Shown here: piece by piece, positions 54,921 to 63,200 of the stretch
Numbering within the stretch: the first letter of the stretch is position 1
Layout of the letters: every line of letters starts with the position of its first letter
Assembly: GCA_017515595.1 (NCBI GenBank)
Contig: JAFWFL010000126.1
Location: 1,121-65,120, forward strand
Source: Coriobacteriales bacterium
GTDB taxonomy: Bacteria > Actinomycetota > Coriobacteriia > Coriobacteriales > UMGS124
Length of the DNA stretch: 64,000 bases
Direction: 5' to 3'
Notes under the pieces: generated by a model
Databases searched by the model: none
What the model was told of the DNA's origin: nothing
What the model saw: the letters and a program-made list of their open reading frames with translations, nothing else
Made by a program: the position numbers and the translations under genes

Positions 54921-56375
54921 TCAACACCCAGCTTGCGCCTGGGTTTGCTCGACAAGCTTTATAAGCTCTTGCTGATCGTGGACGCCAAGCTTTCGGTACA
55001 CATGGATAATGTGTGTATGGGCAGTGCTTTGGGAAACCGTTAGCTCCTCGGCGATGGCAGACTTGTTCTTTCCGCGTGCCAGCAGAAGTAGTACAGCAGT
55101 TTCGCGTTCGGTAAGACTATACGTCTGAGCAAGCTGGGAAGAGACTGCTGTTATCGTGAGAGGCTCTGCTTTGGGTTGAGGCTTAACTGACATCGTGTCT
55201 CTGAGAGGTTCGAAGAACGTTTTGCCGGAGAATACCCAGAGCAGCGTCACGATGAGCAACATGACAAGGGTAGCAATGAGCATCGTGATATCATGGCCGT
55301 TGGAGTCTATCCACGCCAACGCTGTTGATGAAAGAATTGTCCCTATGAGTGCGCCGCCATTCTTTGCCGCCACCAGCGCTCCGAATCCCAGCGATGGGCT
55401 CAAGAGCAAGGAAGATGCGAGCTCAACGACAAGTATGAGCATCATGATCTCGAACAGCTTGTTACCGAAGCACAACGTGAAAAAGGCTATCCTGCCGAGT
55501 TGATCGATGCTGATAAGCTGCATGAAGAGACCGGCAGCTGTTATAGGGAGGATGGTTTTGCAAAGCCCGATGGTGCTTACCGAACCCCTGGTCAGGAATA
55601 TCAGGAGCAGAGCAATGACAGCAACAAGATTCGCTGCATGTCTGATGTCATATCCGGCAAACTCAGGGGAGGTGACATAACCAATTGTTGTTGCACTGAT
55701 GTGCACGATGTCATACAGAACGCATGTCAAGACAATCCTACCGAGAATACCAGGGATAGGATGGACGCCAGCAGTTGACTGCCGTTGCGGCTGACCAACT
55801 TCGGCAGGTAGGGATAACCGCTCGATGTCAAAGCATCCAATGCGTTTTTGGGCAGTGAAAAATAAGGCAGCATTACCAAGGAACAACAGGGTCGTCTCAA
55901 AAAAGAAAGCTTCTGCCGGGATGAACATATTCATCACCAAGCCGCAGATCGAGGTAATCAGGATGGATAGCAGGATGTTACAGTAGACGCCATTCTTATC
56001 GAGCCCCGAGAAATACGAACACCATCTAACCTCTATGTAACCGCCGCCCAAGCCCACAAAGATCATACCAAGAACCGAGTACACCCTCTGGTCCAGGAGC
56101 ATGCCGAGTACAGCACAGAATGATCCGAGCAAACATGCGAAGAGCGTAATGCCACGCGCGAACTCTGCCTGCTCAATCGTCCTAATATGTTTCCAGATGA
56201 CGATCGATAAAAATCCCGCGAGGGCAAGTGCCCCATAGAGGATCAGCAACGTGATTCCTGCTGGCTCAGCAACATAGCGCGCGTACATTAAGTGTTGAAG
56301 TATCCATACGCGGTATAGCCCATAGCCCATGAGCTCCCATCGAAATGAGTGTTTCAATGAGCTGAGATTTGTCAT
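54921..56375 (-). CDS. Polytopic membrane LuxR-family (GerE HTH) transcriptional regulator
   Basis: About 400 aa of hydrophobic helices, then LTERETAVLLLLARGKNKSAIAEELTVSQSTAHTHIIHVYRKLGV (GerE/LuxR HTH). Confidence 0.88.
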   Translation of the reverse strand: MTNLSSLKHSFRWELMGYGLYRVWILQHLMYARYVAEPAGITLLILYGALALAGFLSIVIWKHIRTIEQAEFARGITLFACLLGSFCAVLGMLLDQRVYSVLGMIFVGLGGGYIEVRWCSYFSGLDKNGVYCNILLSILITSICGLVMNMFIPAEAFFFETTLLFLGNAALFFTAQKRIGCFDIERLSLPAEVGQPQRQSTAGVHPIPGILGRIVLTCVLYDIVHISATTIGYVTSPEFAGYDIRHAANLVAVIALLLIFLTRGSVSTIGLCKTILPITAAGLFMQLISIDQLGRIAFFTLCFGNKLFEIMMLILVVELASSLLLSPSLGFGALVAAKNGGALIGTILSSTALAWIDSNGHDITMLIATLVMLLIVTLLWVFSGKTFFEPLRDTMSVKPQPKAEPLTITAVSSQLAQTYSLTERETAVLLLLARGKNKSAIAEELTVSQSTAHTHIIHVYRKLGVHDQQELIKLVEQTQAQAGC

Positions 56376-56708
56376 AGGCAGCCTTTCAAGGGAATGCCGG
56401 ATGCGAATGCCTGTCTATGTATTTGCGATGCCAGAGCCGCAAGCGCTTTCGACGCCCGCTCCTGTCATCGTCCAAACATGAGCCATACTAACCTCCGTCT
56501 ATCACAAACCTCCCTAGTTTACATATCATACCTGAGGGGACAGGACGCTATGCAATCCCATCTTTATCCATGTCCATTCTAGACATTAAAACGCCATAAT
56601 GCAACATTCTTATCAAACATAGGATGCAGATGACGGTTACCAGGTGTTGCGCTGAAGTTGAGTCCAACCTGTAATTGGGATAGCCGTTTGTGGGAGTGCG
56701 TTCTGCCT

Positions 56709-56779
56709 CGAACTTGACCGTTTGCACACCCCGTTGGAACATTCTTGGCCATTTGCACACCCTGCTGGCACGAACTTGA
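56709..56779. repeat. Direct repeats in the long non-coding stretch upstream of luxR
   Basis: TTTGCACACCCCGTTGG (56721-56737) and TTTGCACACCCTGCTGG (56752-56768) lie 31 bp apart and are bracketed by CGAACTTGA at 56709-56717 and 56771-56779. Confidence 0.5.
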
Positions 56780-56992
56780 GGAAATGCACATTCTAGAGGA
56801 GTAAACAACGAGGATTTCTCCGACCAGAAATCTTATTACCTGGTGTTTTAGTAAGCGATGGAGAAGCCCTGGTGAATGGTTACGCGCCTCCCACCGCTGC
56901 GGGCTGCAAGGTTTGGACTATCTTTGACTCGGACTTCTCGGCACAAATGGATGTTTCTTCGCCATTGTCTCAGTTTATATCATGTACGTATA

Positions 56993-57112
56993 TGCAAGTT
57001 ATGACGGGCGCTAGCATGACGACAGGCAAAATTCGAAGAATTTCTCGGCAAAAGGCGAGGTATTTTAAACCTTTTGATGTTTGATCATGCTAGCACCCGT
57101 CATAACTTGCAC
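56993..57112 (-). mobile_element. MITE-like palindromic repeat element, copy B (inverted relative to copy A)
   Basis: TGCAAGTTATGACGGGCGCTAGCATGA ... TCATGCTAGCACCCGTCATAACTTGCA gives 27-bp terminal inverted repeats with one mismatch. Its reverse complement aligns along the full length of copy A. Confidence 0.8.
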
Positions 57113-57164
57113 TCATGTGTAAGGCTATGCGACATCGGCCTGACATGTGGCCGAGAAACCCTTG

Positions 57165-58607
57165 TCAGAGCTCTTTGGTTATGCCGGGCATGCCACCTTG
57201 TTCTTGTTCGTAGGCTTGCATGGCTTCAAGAGTACCCTCTATGAGCTCGTCGAGAGTCCAGCCGAGGTTCTCGGCGCCGGAAGCTATGGTTTCGCGCGAG
57301 CAGCCCTCGGCAAAACGCTTGTCTTTGAACTTTTTCTTGACGCTCTTGGCATCCATGTCGAGGGTGGACTTACTGGGACGCATGCGTATTGCGGCATAAA
57401 TGAGGCCGGTAAGCTCGTCGGCCGCAAAGAGGATCTTCTCCATCTGGAGCTCGGGTTCCCAGGCAGAACCGGTCATGCCCCAGCCATGGCTCAAGGCATT
57501 CCGCATTATATGCGGGTCTATGCCCTCATCTTCAAAAATCTTAACGCCGGCAACACAGTGCTCTTCAGGATAAAGCTCAAAATCAATATCATGAAGAGCG
57601 CCTACCGCATACCAGTAATTTATGGGATCAGCTTCAACACCCTCGGGGACAGAAGCCTCGGTCTTTTGCGCATACCAGGCAAGCACCGCTCCAACAATAC
57701 GGCCATGTACCCGGTGATATTCCTCTTTATTGTACTTATCAAGCAACGCAAGGGCTTCTTCTTTGGTTGGTACTGTTGACATACGAGACTCCTTTTTACG
57801 TTGTTTTGCTTCTGTTTTGCGTTTTTGGTTGGCCTGGCGGTTGAGCATACACTCCACATAGCCTTCCATACCAAAAGGAATATAAGTTAAAGTAGAAAGA
57901 TCAGCGGGCATGTAATCTATAAGGCTCATGGACGCTGTTTGCTCCTGCGACTCCGGAAGCTCGCCGGGAACCGCATGAAGCGCATAAATCTTTGCACCTT
58001 GAGCAACAAGCTTTTGCTCGTACTCGCTTGTGGGGCTTTGGGTATCCTCAGCTCGCATGTCATCAGTAGACCAAACAACCTCAAAACCCGCAAGTGCCAG
58101 CTGCGTGAGAGTAAAATCTCTAAACGGCTGGCTGTCGGTCTTAAGCTCTATGCGGCCTCCCTCGCACAAAAGCGTGCGATACGTCATAAGGTTATCTAGA
58201 TATGTAAGGCGCTGAGCTGCAAACTTTTTGCGGGGAAACGGTGTCGAGAAATTCAGATAAATGCACGAGAGCTCTCCCGGAGCAAAAGCCTTGGGCAGGT
58301 CCTGAGCATGAAGCGTGCCAAACACCACGTTTTTAACCTGCTCCTCAAGGGCAGCCCTGCCCGCGCATGCCGTGCAGATAACCTCGGCATCAAGACCTAT
58401 ATAAAGTGTCTGAGGGTCACGCTTTGCGCTCTCAATAGTAAACCCGCCGCGCCCGCTCCCCATGTCAAGGCGGACTTCTTTTGCCTGAGGCATCCAGGTT
58501 TGAGCCCATAAACCGGCACGTTGAGCAGGTTCAAACTCAATAGCTGCAGCAGCGCGCTCCAGACGAACATCAATATCTTTGAGCATACGGCTCATCCGAG
58601 CATGCAT
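57165..58607 (-). CDS. trmB: Fusion of tRNA (guanine46-N7)-methyltransferase TrmB and an HD-domain hydrolase
   Basis: The N-terminal half has the TrmB SAM fold (DMGSGRGGFTIESAKRDPQTLYIGLD..., IYLNFSTPFPRKK). The C-terminal half has the HD pattern (HRVHGRIV...GALHDIDFE...LSHGWG). Both lie in one uninterrupted frame. Confidence 0.85.
   Translation of the reverse strand: MHARMSRMLKDIDVRLERAAAAIEFEPAQRAGLWAQTWMPQAKEVRLDMGSGRGGFTIESAKRDPQTLYIGLDAEVICTACAGRAALEEQVKNVVFGTLHAQDLPKAFAPGELSCIYLNFSTPFPRKKFAAQRLTYLDNLMTYRTLLCEGGRIELKTDSQPFRDFTLTQLALAGFEVVWSTDDMRAEDTQSPTSEYEQKLVAQGAKIYALHAVPGELPESQEQTASMSLIDYMPADLSTLTYIPFGMEGYVECMLNRQANQKRKTEAKQRKKESRMSTVPTKEEALALLDKYNKEEYHRVHGRIVGAVLAWYAQKTEASVPEGVEADPINYWYAVGALHDIDFELYPEEHCVAGVKIFEDEGIDPHIMRNALSHGWGMTGSAWEPELQMEKILFAADELTGLIYAAIRMRPSKSTLDMDAKSVKKKFKDKRFAEGCSRETIASGAENLGWTLDELIEGTLEAMQAYEQEQGGMPGITKEL
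57780..57794 (-). promoter_or_regulatory. Internal Shine-Dalgarno + ATG at the TrmB/HD domain junction
   Basis: The minus strand reads AAAAAGGAGTCTCGTATG, and the ATG (57782-57780) is the Met of ...ESRMSTVPTKEEALALL. Confidence 0.6.
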
Positions 58608-58610
58608 TAA

Positions 58611-60224
58611 TTACCACCACACCAGAAGAACAACATCATCGGGGTCCAAAACACCGGTCTCAGGGTCAAAATGGAGTTCGAGTCCGTTTAGCACATGTGT
58701 CCCGGATACCCGCGCGCCGTTCTCGTCCAAATAAATAATATCGCCTGATTCGAGACTCGCGAACTGCGAAGTCATGAGTTCGCCATTATAGTTGTAACAA
58801 TACCAAAGGCCGTCAGGTCCCAGGATCATTTTCCCGCGTACAAGGCGGGCAAATTCATCATAATACGAGATATACCCGTCAAATACAACCTGGGTATCCA
58901 CGGCGAGGGCAGCGGTTTCGTAATCTGCGTAGTATGTGTCTTCACCACGGTTAAAGGGGCCAAACATGAGCTCGCCGTACTCGTTATAATACGACGTCTG
59001 CTCCCGGTCATGAATAAACGTATCAGTAACCATAGCGCCGGTTATCTCGTCAAAATGCCGCCAGGCTTCATCAACCACTACATCGCCGTGAATGAGCGCA
59101 CCGTCAAGTATATAAAAGGTATTGCCCTTATATTCATACCAGCCGTCTCCGGCTTCCTGAATCTCGGCTTCGCTTGGCACCTGTACCGTCACAAACGGTG
59201 CATCATAAACGGTAAGATATGCCTGGTCTGCACTGTAATCACCAGGCGCAGCATAAAGCGCTTTCCAATCATAGTGAAGCTTACTTCCCTTGGTAAGGAA
59301 CGAGTAATCACCGCGCAAGAAGTAATCATGGTGCACAAGGCCCTCAAACCCCTGATCTGGGGTAGGGTCATCCCAGGTGACGTCCACATGGTACCAGCGG
59401 CCGTCAATACACACCATATTCCAGCTATGGTTCATAGTCTCGCTTGCAACCATGCAGGCGTCAATACCAACGCGCTTGAGCAAAAGCTGGTAGGCACGGC
59501 TGTACCCGTCGCATACCCCGGTATGCTCAACCAAAACACCGTACACATTAAACGGTGTGCGCGATGCAAAGTCTGACCCTAAAAACGTTGCTTCATTCGC
59601 ATTGATCAAAAGCGATTCATCAGCCTTATCATCCTGAGATAATCCGTCCGAGAAACCCATGATATCTTGATCAGATACTCCGGCAGCAAGTGCGACTTCT
59701 ATGTTATAGTGAGTTGTCCGTACCAAATAATCATGAAGGCACTGCGCCTTTTGAACATCAGTCATGCTATCATCAACCCAGCTGAGCGCCTGTGTAACCG
59801 CAGCCTCAACAGCATCGCGATATGCAGGAATTTCATCCACATCCATGGCGTAGGTAAACACTATGGAGTCAACAATACCGCCGTAAGAAGTTGTTGACAA
59901 CTTGGCCGGGTAGTCAAAATAAAAATACTGCGGATCAAGCGATATGCGTTCACGGGCAGCGCTGATATCTTCAAATGTCAGCCTGAGACCACCCATGTTG
60001 TTTATCTCTACCACAAGCTCGTCAAAAGCTGTACGCAACAGTTCCTCTGCGTTATAACCATAATAGTATGAAGTACCGTTTTCTATTACCACGCCGGCGC
60101 CGCCCTGCGTGCTGTCTGCTCCATGAGCTGTTTGCGTAAATGAACTCAGCGCGCAGATACAGGCAAGAACAATAACCGCTATAACGTACCCGGTAAAACG
60201 GGTTTTGCGTAGAAGACTCCTCAT
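58611..60224 (-). CDS. Secreted transglutaminase-like protein with degenerate C-terminal aromatic repeats
   Basis: Signal peptide VIAVIVLACICALSSFTQTAHG. Core GVCDGYSRAY / NHSWNMV / HVDVTWDD. C-terminal Y/W/G-rich ~20-aa repeats (WYEYKGNTFYILDG..., LWYCYNYNGELMT...). The ATG overlaps the upstream stop (ATGA). Confidence 0.85.
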   Translation of the reverse strand: MRSLLRKTRFTGYVIAVIVLACICALSSFTQTAHGADSTQGGAGVVIENGTSYYYGYNAEELLRTAFDELVVEINNMGGLRLTFEDISAARERISLDPQYFYFDYPAKLSTTSYGGIVDSIVFTYAMDVDEIPAYRDAVEAAVTQALSWVDDSMTDVQKAQCLHDYLVRTTHYNIEVALAAGVSDQDIMGFSDGLSQDDKADESLLINANEATFLGSDFASRTPFNVYGVLVEHTGVCDGYSRAYQLLLKRVGIDACMVASETMNHSWNMVCIDGRWYHVDVTWDDPTPDQGFEGLVHHDYFLRGDYSFLTKGSKLHYDWKALYAAPGDYSADQAYLTVYDAPFVTVQVPSEAEIQEAGDGWYEYKGNTFYILDGALIHGDVVVDEAWRHFDEITGAMVTDTFIHDREQTSYYNEYGELMFGPFNRGEDTYYADYETAALAVDTQVVFDGYISYYDEFARLVRGKMILGPDGLWYCYNYNGELMTSQFASLESGDIIYLDENGARVSGTHVLNGLELHFDPETGVLDPDDVVLLVWW

Positions 60225-63200
60225 GAATCCTCTCCTCGTGCTTTACGCGCCGCCTGCTCCAAAAGCCATGACGGAACCTCACTTATATGATCCTGCTGAG
60301 CATTTCGGCCAGTTTCCTGCGACAGCCGGTTTTCTTCCCGGTTAGAACGCCTGCGCCGGGAAGTGCGCCGTGACTCTTGTTCCTCAGGGGTTTCTCCTTC
60401 ATCGGTTAGTACATAGCTTCTCCGCCTGTCGCGGCCTGAAGACTCGGTACTTCCATACAGATCTTCCTGCTCAACCTGTGTCCGTCTTCTGCGGGACGTC
60501 CGTTCGCTTTGTATATGCGCTTCTTCAGAACCATACAGGTCTCGTGCATTGCGCCTTGAAGGTCTCATCTGAGGTTCATCATTTGTTGTCTGGTCGCTGC
60601 TCAGTTGTTTTGCAGGCGCATCATCATAATCAGGGGTAGTATAAGCACTAACCCGCCTGCGGCGTGCAGGACGCTCTTCCATAGCGTCAGAGTCAGTTTC
60701 TGCATACCCGCTACGACGGCTTACCGAGCGGTCACGGTATGAGGTATCCTGTGCGGCGCGCTCCGGTGATTTGCGAGCAGACGGCCGGCGATTCGCATAC
60801 TGTGAATCTATATCTTCAAGCGGGTCTTTTTCGCGCTGCTCTTCAAGCGTGCGGTCCCACTCTGACCTGACCGTCCTCTTTGGCCTCTCGCGGGATGTAC
60901 GTCTGCGTGCAGATGTTGGGGTTGCGTCTTCTTCAAGCTCCCAAGGGTAGGGCTCTCTTGCTTCTTTTGGTACCTGACGCTTGCGCTCTGTGGTGGTATT
61001 TGTCTGAACAACCGGTATTTGCGCAGTAGCTCCGCGTTTAACAAGAAAATCAGGAGTATTGGCCGGAGCGGGCTCGGGCTCGGCATCAACAAGCCACGGA
61101 TATGGCTTAAGTTTAATCTCCGGCTCGGGCTCAGGCCTTGGAGTCAGGGCAATCTCGGTAGCGCTCATCGCAGTAGCTGCAACCATGCCGGCACGCACAC
61201 TCTTGCGATCTTCTCGGGATTCTTCTTCATAAAGTGCGTGTACAACCCGGTAGCTTTCTTCAAAGGTGTCGAGAAGCTCTGCCATTGCAGAAAAACGGCC
61301 TGTCTGCGCCCAAACGGCACGGCTTCCCAAAACAGCAAAGCGCTGCCAGGCCATAAGAGCCGACACGTCTATTACCTGGGGGGTAGATGCGACCATATCT
61401 ATGGCTTCAACTGCGTTTTCATCGCAGCCAAGCACAAGGAGCACCTCGTCTGCTTTAACTCCGCACAGCTCCTGTGGTGTTGCGATAAGCCTTGTAAGAC
61501 GCGCTTCGAGCTGCTCGGCATCAATTCCTAATTCCTGCTCGTTCCAATGGTTACGCACGGCACGACGCAGAGCCTTCACCACACTCGTAAAGGGCGAAAC
61601 CACACATACTGCCTGGTTTTGATCATTGAGCCCCGGCACCACACGTGTGTTATACACATCAAACGCGCGATCCAAAAGACGCAGAACAGCATCTGTCTGC
61701 TCATTCACTGCATGATTCTTACCGCCATGTTCTACTCCCCCGCAATCTATCCAGCATGAGGTAGGCAGCATGTACTCACGGTCATCTTCGCGATCCGGAG
61801 CTTCGCTTATTAATCTCTGTGCATATCCCAATGTATTGGCAATTCCAAACATGGGTTCAGACGTATCTTTTTGGATAACAAGGGCTATGCCCGTGTGTGT
61901 GCTTCCAATATGGGAACTATAGCGGGAAGCGGTTGCCGCGGCTTCAAGCGCTGTTGTTACGCTGCCTGCACGCACAGTATCAAACTCCTGGGCAAGCGCC
62001 TGATACAAATCATGGAGAGCGGCATCGGCAATGCCGGGAACAAAGTGGTCGCCAATCACAACCGCACTCTTAGCCAGGCTCATGCTCCCCGCAATTTCCT
62101 GGGGCTCAACAAGATGAGCCTGATCTACAACAAGAACGCCCAAACTACGCTGAGGTATACCCTCAAGCAACATAGGCGCCGCATCAACACTTGTAATAAG
62201 CGCAGGTGACAGCACAAAGAGCGACTCCAAAAGAACGGGAAGAACTTCTTGCAAAGCGCCTGAGGGTACACGTCCCTCCCAGCAAGATGCGAGCATACGG
62301 TAATTTCGCTCAAGACCGGTATCATGTATAAAGGTCTTATGCACTTGCAGCGCACGGTAAAACAACTCTTCGCGGGCATTATCAAACGCTGCTGTAATCC
62401 ACGGACATGAGTGCTGCGAAGCTTCATTGTGAATCAAATCATCATAAAAATCATCATCGGCAGCAATAAGTGATGGTTTAACCGCACTTGCTGCCCGCAA
62501 GCGCGCATTGAGATTTTTCATATGCTTTTGGAGCATCTCAAGCTTGGCGGCAACCTGAGCACGCTGGGCACCTATCTGGGTAAGAACCTCTTTGGCGCCT
62601 TCGAGCTTTGCGCGGGCTCCATCCAAGTCATAACGCCTCGACAAAAGCTCATCAGCAATCTGTTCTTTACGCTCTTTCGAGAGACGCTTTTGGGTTTGCT
62701 CCTCGGTTTCCAAATCTGAGATCTCGCGCACAAGCCCGTCAAGGTGCTTTGAAGCTTCAGTGGCGTCTGCCTGCGCCTGCTGCAAACGCTTATCATACTC
62801 ATCAAGCTGCTTTTTATTCTTTTGGTACTCAGCACCCTTTTGGGCTACGGTAGCCTCCATTGATTCTTTGCATTCAAGCGCCTGCGCAACGTTGTCAAGC
62901 GTCTCACGAAGCTGCTCCACTTTGTTGAGCTGCTCCAAAAAGCGCGCTTTGGCTTCTTCCCAACGCAGGTATCCGCCGTTTTTGCGAAGTGTTCCGTTAT
63001 CACCGTCTGCGATGGTTCGCAACAGTTTTGCGGCATTGAGCAGATCTTCTTCGCCGGTAAGTTGCAAAGCCGCAAGTCCCCATGCCCCCTGGGGCATGCG
63101 CAGGGCCTGAGAAGCTTCGCGGGTAAAATAAACGTCCGCAGCATTGGTGCGTACCATATCAAATACACCGGTACGCGAATGTGCGGCATCAGCAAACTGA

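Noticed and set aside
56394-57084. Several 60-86-aa ORFs (56394-56582, 56548-56808, 56579-56791, 56872-57084) upstream of luxR
   Set aside because: They overlap one another and lack an SD. One runs through MITE copy B, and another is generated by the direct repeats. The region is treated as non-coding.
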